DNA of 64,000 nucleotides from positions 61,938,001-62,002,000 of the forward strand of contig OX597831.1 of NCBI GenBank assembly GCA_951406725.2, in the 5' to 3' direction. This document shows positions 29,891 through 43,095 of this stretch, piece by piece (position 1 is the first letter of the stretch; each line of letters starts with the position of its first letter). The translations under genes and the position numbers were made by a program. The notes under the pieces were generated by a model that was given only the letters and a program-made list of their open reading frames with translations, was not told the DNA's origin and did no database searches. Origin of the DNA: Octopus vulgaris. Lineage: Eukaryota.

Positions 29891-30980
29891 ATATATATAG
29901 TAACATAAAGGAGAAAATTTAGATTATCCCCACGTTGTGAGTTGTAACGCAAAAAATAAATGTTTAAAATAAAAGGAAAATGCGCACACTTGCTAATCAG
30001 GACATTGAAATTATTGTAATTTCGTATTTTCTTAAAGAGATTTTATTCCATGTTGTGTGCGGTGAATTTTGTGAATGAATGTTTCAACAAGCATAAAAAT
30101 CTGAGAGGCGGTAATTGGTGAGGTGAGATATTTACAGTGATGGGTATGTGATCATGAACTAGAATTTATACTGAAATCAAAGTTTCACTCAAAGGAATCT
30201 GTCTATATTGCTGGAATCTGTTCCTTATGTAGTGTAGTTCTCCGTCTGGCTGTCATACTTGTCCGTCCTATATGGTTATGTCCACATCCTGAACAAGTTA
30301 TAACATAAGGTTCACAGTTAAAACCAACTTATCATGTGCTTCTGAGGATGTAACTTAGGTTGTAACTTGCTCAGTTATATATTGTATTTCTTCCCCTCTG
30401 TACTTACCAAGTCTACTGCGGTCAAGTTGGATTTTCATTTTTGCAAGGTTGTTAAATTATAATCGCCGTCAAAGCTGCTGTCAATCTAATATCTCCGAAT
30501 ATAATTGCCAAAATTAGAAAGAAATATTATAAATAATATCATAACTTTTATGGTAGCTTTCACCAGTAAAACATGAATTATTATTATTATCATCATCATC
30601 ATGAATATCTCCAATTCTGTCATCAATTTTGTTATATAATAATCAGTAACAAATATATTGGTTCCAAATTTTGGCATTATGCCAGAAAAATTGGGGTGGT
30701 GCTGAGAAATTCATTACATCAACCCCAGTGCTCTTCTGATGCATATTTTAGCGACCATGAAAGAATGAAAGGTTAAGTCGACATTGGTGGAAATGGCTGC
30801 TAAGTGTTTTTCTCCGTTTGCTAACGGCTCTGTCAGCTTGCAGTCTTATCAGTAACAATAGTATTAATATGATCTATTTGTAGAATTAAATGTCCAATTC
30901 ACTTGGTATTTATTGGAAGAGTTAAGCATAACTTGCATTGTAGATTTCTACTGCTTAGCTTTTAGTTCATTTTAGCATTA

Positions 30981-31327
30981 TCTATTGTATAAAATCCGTT
31001 CTGTCTGTCTGTGTGTGTGTCTTCTAGGATCTCGGGCATCCTCCATCCAACTGCGCTCAAATTTAATATGTAGATATGTATCAGAGCGTGTATAAGTCTT
31101 AAAAAAATTACAAAAATCGATTCCAGGTGAGAATGTGATCGATAAAACTGTGGGAACTTGCATTTGGAAAATCGTTTTTCTTGGAATAGAAAAAAGTCTA
31201 TCTTTATTTCTTCTTTTGTGTTTCTCAAAGGGGAGGCCTATGGGACAGTCGGACAAGTTGTTTTGAGAAAATTTGGTTCAAATGTTTGACAACTCAGAAC
31301 CGTCCATTTCACGGAGGTGTTTTGCTC

Positions 31328-31330
<3 letters not shown>
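30981..31330 (+). mobile_element. Non-autonomous Helitron-like element
   Basis: 5' TCTATTGTATAAAA followed by (GTCT)n; 3' hairpin CCGT...ACGG then CTCG; layout similar to 56304-56673. Confidence 0.55.
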
Positions 31331-31368
<38 letters not shown>

Positions 31369-31405
31369 CATTCACGCGCGCAAATATCTATGTATGTATA
31401 TTACC

Positions 31406-31705
31406 AATAATTATAACGATATAGAGTATGAAGTCTTGTTCATCATCAAAATTTCTTTCTTTTTATTTTACAAATTCATACAGCATTTTATGATTATTAC
31501 GACCAACATATGTTTCCGCTGGGTAGTAGCATATGCAGCCGGGCATAGTTTTCGGAACGGCTTGGTTCAGGGCCTCTCAATCAGCTAGACTCGATGCGAA
31601 CTGATTAAAGTTAGCTGTTTGTCGGTCAGGAAATGAGGTGAGGTTGTTTTGAATGTGAAATCTGATCTGTCTGTCAACTTGTGTGGTTGATCTCGGTTTC
31701 ACACT
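31406..31705 (-). mobile_element. Inverted pLTR of the Penelope-like element at 31.7-34.6 kb
   Basis: Reverse complement aligns with 34316-34638 (e.g. CAGATCAGATTTCACATTC, CAGTTCGC.TCGAG.CTAGCTG, CTATATCGTTATAATTATT). Confidence 0.8.
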
Positions 31706-32344
31706 TAGCATAACATTTCCGACGTCGAGATAGAAACTACAGATAAAAATTATTCAAGTTCTTCAAAGTCATTGAGCTCTCCATCTCACTAGAAGAAGAA
31801 CAAACACACCGTAGTTAATTTCTTTGATGTTACATTTGATCTAAGTACCGGCCTATTCGAACCATACAAAATGGTAACGACAACCTTAAATGCATAAACT
31901 ACAGTAGCAATAATCCCAAATGCATAACGGAGTCCATAGTTAGAAATATTTCCGCCCGCACATCCAGACTGTCGGCTGACGAGGAGATATTTAGACTAAA
32001 CGGGAAATACTATAACAAAGCGTTAGAGGGCGCAGGATTCAAAGATAAATTAGTGTACAGCCCTGTGAACCAAGCCAAAAGGGATAAATATAAGATAACC
32101 TGTAGGATCGCAAATTACATCCTTACAAAAATCCATAGCAACCGGACAATCCCCCATAAGGAGGTAGACAAAAGAAGAAAATGGAAGGCTGAATACATAA
32201 TGTACAACTATAAAATATGCAGTTCGGATGATAGTAAAAAAGATACAAACTCGAAGGTATATCAGGATCAACCACATAGTGGAATTAACGCTGAATCTTA
32301 TTATTTCAGAAATAAAAAAAAAGTAAAAAGAAGAAAAAAACAAG

Positions 32345-32469
32345 CGCATGGTTCCGGGTTCAGTTCCACTGCGTGGCATCTTGGGCAAGTGACTTCTACT
32401 ATAGCCTCGGGCTGACCAGAGCCTTGTGAGTGGATTTGGTTGACGGAAGCTGAAAAGAAGCCCGTCGTA

Positions 32470-32529
<60 letters not shown>

Positions 32530-32722
32530 TGTGTGTTTTTGTCCCCCTAGCATTGCTTGACAACCGATGCTGGTGTGTTTATGTCCCTGTTACTTGGCGG
32601 TAGAATAAGTACTGGGCTTACAAAAAGAATAAGTCCCGGGGTCGAGTTGCTCGATTAAAGGCGGTGCTCCAGCATGGCCGCAGTCAAATGACTGAAACAA
32701 GTAAAAGAGAGTAAAAGAGAGT
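32345..32722 (+). mobile_element. SINE family B, 5'-truncated, inside PLE
   Basis: Family B body and tail. Confidence 0.9.
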
Positions 32723-33626
32723 ACCCCAGTCGTACACCTACACAACTCACAACAAAGAAATAAGATAGCAAGAGCTCAACATACCCGGACAGCTGCCACA
32801 GCAAAAAGAAAGGCTCTGACATTAACAACCACACAATGCATAATAATGCCCAAAGTAATAAGAAATCCAGGATAATTTATGATAGAATGCTGGATTCAGG
32901 AAACAAATAATTTACAACATTCCGAAGCAGTTTTACACGGTGATCGAGAAATACTTTCTCAAGTCTAGAAAATACCACAGAATATTCAATACGCACAATG
33001 TCCCGCACACTTTTCCCGCAAGCCATAATGTAGTACATAAAATAGCGAAGGACCGATAAATGTACTAGACTAAGTAAAAAATAATGAACCCATCAACCGG
33101 AATTTTGATAATATTAAACGGGCTGTGAGGGCAAGAATAGGTAATGAAAGAAGAGACTTGAAAGCTAAACCAACATAGCACTTTAGTGGGCTTAGTAGTC
33201 GAAGGAAGACAACTTCAACACGAGCCTATGACTCCACTGGATAGGGAGAGGGAATCGCTAGAAATAGCAGGCCACAAACCCAAATACCTAGAATTAACAG
33301 GGGGCAGCAGAAACATGTATCAGGAACTATAACACAATAAATAATAGAGACAGTGAACTAGTTCTCTGTAATTGGGCTAGAAATAAAGTATGCCTCTTAA
33401 ATTTTAGATTTTTGACGTAGAGCCTTGTGTATAGACACAAAATCACTTCTGAGAGAAGGACGTAGTCTATATAAGTGTCTCCTCGCTAAATTTAAAAGAA
33501 AAGAAGACTAGTTAATCATTTAAATTAATTTAGGGATAGAAATAAATCAAACAGCACGAGCAAAGTAAGCAAACTAACTTGATTCCTTAACGATAAGAAC
33601 CATAACTATACACGGAGTGGAAGATA

Positions 33627-33858
33627 TATTTCTTTACTACCCACAAGGGGCTAAACACAGAGAGTACAAACAAGGACAGACAAACGGATTAAGTCGTTTA
33701 CATCGACCCCAGTGCGTAAATGGTACTTAATTTATCGACCCCGAAAGGGATGAAAAGCAAAGTCGACCTCGGCGGAATTTGAATCCAGAATGTAACGGCA
33801 GACGAAATACGGCTACGCATTTCTCCCGGCGTGCTAACGTTTCTGCCAGCTCGCCGCT
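33627..33858 (-). mobile_element. SINE family C monomer with 13-bp TSD, inside PLE
   Basis: TSD GGAGTGGAAGATA at 33614-33626 and 33859-33871. Confidence 0.9.
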
Positions 33859-34315
33859 GGAGTGGAAGATAATTAGTACAGCTAAACCATGTCGTGCAGT
33901 AGGAAATAGATATGAGCAATGTATAGAAGAAATGTACCAAATTTCCACATCAAGACAAATTATTTAATAGCAGGCTGTAACACGGCTTAAGATACTTGCA
34001 AAACATTCAAGAAATTTTACGAACATTCTAGACTACACAATTTTCCACCCACAGTTTGGTGGGATATAAAGGAGAGAAGCACTTATGACATTGCTTTGTC
34101 ATAACCAACCTAGTATATATTCTGTCTACTTTCTTGCACTATGTACAAATACCATAGCCACGAAAATATATGAATAACTAAAAAACGTTACAAGGACTAT
34201 AAATGAAAGTATGGTTATTAAGTACCCAAATACTACAATACGCAACGAAGCCTGCCAAAACAGTAACATTAACCTCGACCTAATTACATAGAATCTTGAC
34301 TCCGGTCAGCACCTG

Positions 34316-34638
34316 GTGCGAAACAGAGATTAACCACAGAAGCTGATAAACAGATCAGATTTCACATTCTATACAATCTCCCTTCACTTCACGCTGAACT
34401 CTGGCCAACAAACAACTAACTGTATTCAGTTCGCTTCGAGACTAGCTGGTGGACAGACCCCAAAAGAAGCCGCACAGAAGATTATGCCCGGTTGTATGTG
34501 CAATTGCTCATAGTCTGTGCAGTGGAAACATGTGTAGGTCATAATAGCCATAAAAATATGGTGTATGGAATTGTGAAATGCAAGGATATTTATTTTGAGG
34601 AGGAACAAGTAACCGTATTCTATATCGTTATAATTATT
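34316..34638 (+). mobile_element. 3' pLTR segment of the PLE
   Basis: Downstream of the GIY-YIG remnant; inverted copy at 31406-31705. Confidence 0.75.
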
Positions 34639-35051
34639 ACTCTTTTACTCTTTTTACTCTTTTACTTGTTTCAGTCATTTGACTGCGGCCATGCTGGAGC
34701 ACCGCCTTTAATCGAGCAACTCGACCCCGGGACTTTTCTTTTGTAAGCCCAGTACTTATTCTATCGTCTCTTTTGCCGAACCGCTAAGTAACGGGGACAT
34801 AAACACACCAGCATCGGTTGTCAAGCAATGCTAGGGGACAAACACACACACACACAAACACACACACGCATATATATATACATATATACGACGGGCTTCT
34901 TTCAGTTTCCGTCTACCAAATCCACTCACAAGGCTTTGGTCGGCCCGAGGCTATAGTAGAAGTCACTTGCCCAAGGTGCTACGCAGTGGGACTGAACCCG
35001 GAACCAAGTGGTTGGTAGACAAGCTACTTACCACAGCCACTCCTGCGCCTA
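34639..35051 (-). mobile_element. SINE family B, full length
   Basis: Family B head, body and tail. Confidence 0.9.
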
Positions 35052-35329
35052 TTGTTGATATGCACTTCAGAAAATATTACCATCCAAAGAAGTGAACACA
35101 GAATTACCCATCGGAGGAATTTACAGCTTCAGTGAGAATTCATAGTAGTCATACACGTTAAATAGTAATCGATGCGGTTAGCCGTAACCGGGAACATAAC
35201 TGAGAGTCACCACGGTATCCACCCGGATAATATAATCCTCTAACCTCTCTGTCACTGTCACCCTCTCACACACACATATACACATATATACACATATATG
35301 TCTGTGTGTATGTGTAAAATGCTTGGCTG

Positions 35330-35705
35330 TTGGCCGTGTGGTAAGAAACTTACTTCCAAAGCATATGTCTACAGGTGACGCTTTGGGCAGATGTCTTCCA
35401 CTATAGCCTGGGTCCGACCAAAACTTGTCAGTGGATTGGGTAGACAGAGACTGAAAGCACTTCGTGTATGAATATATATATATATGTGTGTGTGTGTGTG
35501 TTTGTGTGTGTGTCTGATTTGTCTGCTTTTATCACCACCCCACCTCTTGACAACCGGTATTAGAGAGTTTACATCCCTGTAACGAAGTGGTTCGGCAAAC
35601 GTCACCGACAAAATAGGCCCTGAAGTCGATTCATTCGACGAAAAATTCTTGATTCTTGAAGGCAGTACCACAACATGTCTACAATCTAATGACTGGAACA
35701 AGTAA
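35330..35705 (+). mobile_element. SINE family B, old diverged copy
   Basis: GGCCGTGTGGTAAGAAACTT head; AAGGCAGTACCACAACATG...GACTGGAACAAGTA tail. Confidence 0.7.
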
Positions 35706-35998
35706 TAGACACATACTCACACACATACACACACACACCCACACGCACACACACACACACTCACATATATTTTCTCTCTCTATAGATATATGTATATATT
35801 GTTGGGGATATGTTACATATCACAAACATAGGGCTATTTGTCTGGTCCGTTCTTTCCCAAAAATAGATTTCTTTGTAAATGTAACAAAAGCCAGAGAGAA
35901 TCGTAATGTCGTCTACATTTATGATGCAAACGAATAAAATGTATTGCTATTTTTATCGTGAACTTAATTATTATGGTTTCAACACGTTGCAGTAAATA

Positions 35999-36029
<31 letters not shown>

Positions 36030-36442
36030 TCAATATAAATATATATATGTGTATATATATATTCTATTTTTTGCCATATATTGATAATATGAATAGTTCC
36101 GTATCGGTGGTTTATATATATTTGATATCAGATATTGCCGATATAGGAATGCCTCGTGAAAAATATCTGTTCCGATTTGCTATTTCTTACTGATATCTAA
36201 GGGCCTATGGTGGATTGGCTTGATTTAATTTAATCAGGTTATTTACCATTAAACGGTATGAAACGGTGCATCGTCTAAGAAATACAGGGTAAAAGTTTTT
36301 CAATATATAATGTTATTTTGCGGTTATTTTGGCTGTTATTTCTAGTGGGTGATATTATATTGTGATGTTGAACGTAAAAATGGTTTATGACTATAATACT
36401 ATGGTGGCATTCTACAAAATTTTTTGCCACCTATATTGATTA

Positions 36443-36491
<49 letters not shown>

Positions 36492-36494
36492 GTA

Positions 36495-37543
36495 CTAGCA
36501 GAGATACCCGGCGTTGCCCGGTTACATTCAATTGAAGAATTAGACTTTTCTGTTATATTTTCTGAATGAACTGGAATATCTATGTTTCGAATTTCATCAA
36601 AATTGCAGATGAGGGTTATTTCCCTCTTTACACACCCTAAAAAAATTGTAATCGTGCCACATGGAAACCAAAAGACGAATGATCACAATAAGGAGTCAGT
36701 TACCCTACCCTAGTCGTTACCACTCCCAATTTAGGATTCATCACCATCAAGGTGACAGGCACAGCCGTAAGATGCATTACGAATCTATAGCAATTGGAAG
36801 GGCGTGACCTAACTGAAATCAATATTAACAACTGTGTGACGTGGGGGCTTAGGAGAAATTAAAGTGTCACCTCTGGAGTTTGCAAATGACCTCTATACTG
36901 ATACGTAACTAGACAGAATGAATTTAAAATCCATTAATGTCTTTGAATAACCAGTTACTTATCTGGGAAGGCCTTGTAATCAATGTTACCATCTGGGGAC
37001 TATGTGTGACCGAGTGATAATAAAAAGACTGAAAGGAGGTCTGCAATCAAATAACTTTACTCAACACTTTGCAACTGAATCAGTGGAGACAAAGATGCCT
37101 CTCATTTACTTAACAATTTATGCACCACATTGCAGAAATCAAAATGTAAGTGTATGTCAAAGCAAACTGTTACCCTGTTGTACCATTGAATTAGAAATAA
37201 TGACCAACTTTTATGCTCGGATAACCCTACAGCTTCTAAGAGCACAACTGTATTCGTTTTTGCTTAGATGAAATGAGAAAATTGTGGGTGTTAAGTCCCC
37301 ATGGAGGGGTCTTTCTAACTTTGCAAGAAGATGAAATTTTATAAATATTACTTCATTTGAGTCTAATATCTATGGTTAAAATTTCATCAACAGCAAAAAT
37401 ATAGGAATTCTCATGGGAGTTATGGCCCTTATGCTTAGAAAATAGTTTCCAAATTTCATAAAGATCCATTCAGTACTTTTGACCTAGTTTTAGATCATAA
37501 AAGAAATTACTAAAGTTTGGGAGTTAAGGCTCCCATTAGGGTG

Positions 37544-37545
<2 letters not shown>
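36495..37545 (-). mobile_element. Non-autonomous Helitron-like element flanked by (TA)n
   Basis: Reverse-complement 3' end CCGGGCAACGCCGGGTATCTCTGCTAG (hairpin + CTAG), similar to the end of 56304-56673; far boundary approximate. Confidence 0.6.
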
Positions 37546-37625
<80 letters not shown>

Positions 37626-37699
37626 TAGATAGATATATACACACACACAAAAAGATAAATTGATAGATACAACTGAGTGGGCAAAGAAAAATATGAGAC

Positions 37700-37916
37700 A
37701 CAGCCCAGTGCTTCATTATGTTGATAAGCCTAGTACTTATTCTATTAGTTTGTTCTTGTGAAACCAGTAAGTTTTGTGGATGTAAATAAATGAACAGCAG
37801 TTGTGAAGCAGTGATGAGGGCGAAACACAGACACAAAAACACACACATACACTTAAATATATACATATATATACGATTGATTTGTTTCAGTTCCTGTCTA
37901 CGAACTCCATATATAT
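37700..37916 (-). mobile_element. SINE family B fragment, host of the RTE insertion
   Basis: AAGCCTAGTACTTATTCTAT...ACACAGACAC...TTTCAGTTCCTGTCTAC. Confidence 0.7.
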
Positions 37917-40450
37917 TGTTGTTGGCATCCTTTTTGTCTCGGGAGACAATGGAGTTCCGCATAAAATAATTTAGTCCGGCTTTTACATTTCATGTCCTAA
38001 TACATCTCCTGCTGTGACTGTGTAATCCTATCCTGGACAAACACTCCCTCTGGCAGGTGCCACAAATATAGTGAAGACTTTGCCTGGCTAGTTGTAATGT
38101 CATACTTTCTTGTTGACGTTTTTTCTTGTCTTTCCATTTCTCCTCTCCCTCTATGTCACTCCTTTGTGTTCCCTCTTTTACGGTACGTCGCCAATCTCCA
38201 CGGTTGCTGGCAACTGCTTCCCAGTTGGTAATATTGATGTTGCAGGAATTCATGTCCCTTTTGCAAACATCCTTGTATCGTAAGAACGGACTACCCACAG
38301 ACCTATCCATCTCATACGTCTTTGTGTGAGGAGTGTAAACATGCTTGGTATTCCTGCTTGCTTGAGGACATCTTTGTTGGGGACATGATTGTGCCATTTG
38401 ATGCGAAGGCAGCGCAGGTGAAAGATATTTAGTCGACGTATGGCGTCGTATGGCATGTGTATGGCGTCCAAGTTTCACTTCCATACAATAGAGTGCTAAG
38501 TACACATGCCTAGTAAATCTTCATTTTTGTGGTCTTGGTCAGCTCATTGTTGTTCCATGCCCGTTTGGAGAGTTGGGCCATCAAAGCAGCTGCCTTGCCA
38601 ATGCGTATATTGAGCTCTTTATCAAGGAATAGGTTTTAGGTGACGGTAGAGCCAAGATAGGTAAACTTCTCTATTTCCTGTAGTCTGTCGTCTCCAATAT
38701 GTATGTTTGGGATGGTCGATGTAGCCTGACCCATGATATTGGTCTTCTTGAGGCTGATAAATAAGCCAAAGTTGTCACATGCTTGCTCAAAACAGTTTAT
38801 GAGCCTTTGTAGGGCTTCTTCTGTGTGTGATACCAGAGCGGCATTATCAGCAAATAGCAACTCCTTGATCAGGACGCTTCTGATTTTGGTCTTGGCACGC
38901 AGACGCGAGAGAGTGAACAGTTTCCCATCACTTCTACTGTGCAGAAACACTCCATCATCTGATGTTACAAAGGCATGTGACAGCGGCAGCGAGAAGAAGA
39001 TGCCAAGTAATGTAGGAGCAAGGACACAACATTGCTTTACCCCATTTTTTATTTAGAAGGCGGCTGATGTTGAATCATTGTGATGTATGGTGCCTTTCAT
39101 ATCACCATGGAAAGATGTGATGATTCTTTGGTGGACATCCGATTTTTTGGAGCAGGATGAAGAGGCCTTTGCTACTTACCAAGTCAAAGGCCTTTGTCAG
39201 GTCAATGAAGGCTATATTTAATGGCATTTTCTGCTATCTGGACTTCTCCTGAAGTTGGCGTATGGAGAATATCATGTCAATAGTTGAACTGCTTCTTCTA
39301 AAGCCACACTGCGAATCTGGATAAATTCGAGAAGCAAGCAGTTGCAGCCTGGACAGGATAATTCGAGCAGACGCCTTTCCAACAGTGCTTAGAAGAGATA
39401 TTCCACGGTAATTGTTACAATCACCAGGTCACCTTTGTTTTTGTAAGGCGTAATGATATTAGCATCCCGCATATCCCGAGGGACTGTACCCTCTTCCCAG
39501 CACTGACACAGAAGCTCATGAATGTGCCGAAGCAGGATGGTGTTTTTGCCGGTTTTGATGATCTCTAAGGGGATGCCGTCTTTTCCCGGAGCCTTGTTAC
39601 TTGCTAGGGAGTCACTAGTCTTGGTGAGCTCTGCTATAGGTGGCAGACTGTCAAGTTCACACATGACAGGAAAGATCTTCACACCCTAGATTGCAGCCTC
39701 AGCTACCCTGGTCTCTCGTGAGTAGAGATCCTGGTAGTACTCCACCCATCTATCCATTTGCTTACTTTGGTCCTTGATGAGATCCTCAGTAGTTGATTTC
39801 AGAGGGGCTGACTTGGTTGTGGATGGACCGAGGGCCTTCTTCAAACCGGCATACATCCCACGTGTGTCGCCACCGTCAGCAGCTGACTGGATACTCTGAC
39901 AGATTTCCTGCCAATACCTATTTTCAGAGCGTCTGGCAGTCAGTTGGGTTTTATTTCTTGCCTTTCTGAGTTCTTCGAGTGACTTTATAGAAGAATCACT
40001 CTTGTATTACATCAGAGCTGCACGCTTTGTTTCGATAACTGTTTCCAGCTCTAAGAGCCCAGCACTGAACAAAATCTGGGTTTTGCCTTTCTCTCATGCA
40101 AAACATTGTCGCAGGGTAGGGTCGGAGGTTCTGGCAGTTTTAATGTGTGGTCGGCCCATTTTCTTGGAGTGATGGACTTTTTAGGCAGAATCCTCACCTT
40201 GCTTCTTATTAGTAAATGATATGTGTCACAATCCGCGCTGTGGTAACTACGAGTCAGTTGAACAGAATTCAGAAAGGGTCTTCGTGTAATGATGAGATCC
40301 AGCTGATGCCAGTGGTTTGATCTTGGATGTCTCCAAGATGCCCTGTGGCATGTCTTGTTGGCAAAGAATGTGTTAGTAATGCACAGGTTATGGTATGTGC
40401 AAAATTCAAGTAGTCTCTGGCCATTGTTATTCATGTTGCCAATACCAAAG
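37917..40450 (-). pseudogene. RTE-clade (BovB-like) LINE, 5'-truncated and frameshifted
   Basis: APE: NNNGQRLLEFC...WRHPRSNHWHQLDLII...SADCDT; RT: KAPGKDGIP, CWEEGTVPRDMRDANI, ELLFADNAAL; C-terminal CGTCQRECLSRIGLHSH; 3' CCATTGTCTCCCGAGAC...GATGCCAACAACAA tail. Confidence 0.93.
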
Positions 40451-40626
40451 CACATACACTTACATGTATACATACATATATATACGATCGATTTGTTTCA
40501 GTTCCTGTCTCCGAAATCCATATATATATATATATATATACATATATTTAAATATATATATACGACGAATTCTACGGTTGGCTGTCGGGTATGTTATATT
40601 GTGTTTTTTTCCTTACATGTCTTGAG

Positions 40627-40687
40627 TTAGTTGCACTGAAGAGCATATTCTGCATTGATTGCGAAATCACAGGTGATATGTAACTAA
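40627..40687 (+). ncRNA. Type I hammerhead ribozyme H2-1
   Basis: Stem I TTAGTTGCA/TGTAACTAA, core CTGAAGA, stem II GCA...TGC, GAAA, stem III TCAC-AG-GTGA, triplet ATA (predicted cut after 40678). Confidence 0.85.
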
Positions 40688-41117
40688 TTTCTGTTTTTAA
40701 ATGACTTGCTTCGAAGTTTTGCTTTCGGTAAAATTTGTTTATTTTAGTAGTTTTGACTGCAAGGGTCCCTCCTAGCGTGTCGGTACATATGAATAATAGT
40801 ACCCTCTATATAATATTAAAAAAATATTTTCAAAGTGGAAAAATTTACAGATTTTTTTCTCTTACGAGGTTTTTCACGCTAACTACTGATAATTTCTTAT
40901 AAAGATTTTATCCTTAATTTTAAATTTATATTTTTCACCGGAATAGTTCAATACTGAACTTTTGTTCCGAATAGACAAATTGGTACCGAAATGCATTGCG
41001 AATAGGCCCGCCATTTTCATAGATATCTAAAGATAAACATTCGTACATGCTACGACGAATTCTACGGTTGGCTGTCGGGTATGCTATATTGTGTTTTTTC
41101 CTTACATGTCTTGAGTT

Positions 41118-41184
41118 CGTTGCACTGAAGAGCATAGAATGCATATTCTGCATTGATTGTGAAATCACAGGTGATATGTAATTA
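41118..41184 (+). ncRNA. Type I hammerhead ribozyme H2-2
   Basis: Same core; stem II closed by G-U and 10 nt longer; predicted cut after 41176. Confidence 0.75.
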
Positions 41185-41304
41185 AATTCTGTTTTTAAAT
41201 GACTTGCTTTGAAGTTTTGCTTTCGGTAAAATTTGTTTATTTTAGTAGTTTTGACTGCAAGGGTCCCTCCTAGCGTATCGGTACCTATGAATAATAGTAC
41301 CCTC

Positions 41305-41358
<54 letters not shown>

Positions 41359-41363
<5 letters not shown>

Positions 41364-41523
41364 AAATTTAAAGGACTGACCACTAAAAGTGGACGGTCAC
41401 TATGCTAGATATAGACGTCAAAATCGCTATTTTCCACGAAGAATGCGTTCTCAAGCGATTATGACGTCTATATCTAGCATATTGAACGTCCACTTTTAGT
41501 GGTCAGTCCTTTAAATTTTGTAT
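41359..41523. repeat. Near-perfect inverted repeat, ~70-bp arms and ~25-nt loop
   Basis: 41359-41428 vs 41454-41523. Confidence 0.9.
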
Positions 41524-41656
41524 GTAAAAATATTTTAATCTTCGGATTTCTTTAATATGCTAGGCCACTGGTTTTAATTGATTAATATCAATTTCTACCC
41601 TTATTCAATTTTTTTATATATATATATATAAATAAATAAATATATATATATATATA

Positions 41657-42209
41657 TACTAAGTAATTAAGGGTTTAGCAACGAATTGCCTCACCAACAC
41701 ACCGAATTTAGAAATAGCAGTCAAAGAGATATAGCTATTCCTTCTACTAAAAGGGGGATCTCAGTAAAAACACAGCACTTGAAAGGCAAACACAGACAGG
41801 TAAGAAAGAAAGAATGAAATGACGGCAATCTATCATGCAATTTTAAGTTACCTACGGACGTACGTTTCGAGATCAAGTTTTAGGATAGCATAAGAATTAG
41901 AAAATTCTACTTTACCCAAACTTCTTCTCTCATCGGCGCAGGATACCACAATTATGAATAATTGTATATTAAATTTTGAGATACTAGAATGCATCATCTC
42001 AACTCAGTGTCAGAGCGAGCCAAAGCATGACCAGTACCACGAAATTCAAAGTTTGAATGAAAGTTTGTGTCACCAGCCCCCTTTCAAGTGCTGTGTTTTT
42101 ACTGAGATCCCCCTTTTAGTAGAAGGAATAGCTATATCTCTTTGACTGCTATTTCTAAATTCGGTGTGTTGGTGAGGCAATTCGTTGCTAAACCCTTAAT
42201 TACTTAGTA
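41657..42209. repeat. Perfect 130-bp inverted repeat flanking an HHR-containing spacer, family H3
   Basis: 41657-41786 is the reverse complement of 42080-42209. Confidence 0.95.
41851..41942 (-). ncRNA. Type I hammerhead ribozyme H3 (CCGAUGA core variant)
   Basis: Stem I CCTGCG/CGTAGG, core CCGATGA, long stem II GAGA...TCTC, GAAA, palindromic ACGTACGT stem III, GTC triplet. Confidence 0.75.
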
Positions 42210-42314
42210 TTACTTAAATTTTCCTCGAATGGGGCTTTTACATGCCGAAATCTACTTGGTGTAATTGATAATTATCCCTAATTAATTAATTTCACCCTTT
42301 ATTATTACTGATAA

Positions 42315-43095
<781 letters not shown>

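Larger units (their letters stand above)
31740..34000 (+). pseudogene. Decayed Penelope-like ORF (RT C-half, linker, GIY-YIG), interrupted by two SINEs
   Basis: VVNFFDVTFDLSTGLFEPYK; RLSADEEIFRLNGKYYNKALEGAGF; IEKYFLKSRKYHRIFNTHNV; WKIISTAKPC...QCIEE, in PLE order. Confidence 0.85.
40561..41315 (+). repeat. ~490-bp-period tandem repeat (about 1.5 units; ~260-bp duplicated block) carrying hammerhead ribozymes, family H2
   Basis: 40561-40817 matches 41051-41315; flanked on both sides by (TA)n. Confidence 0.9.
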
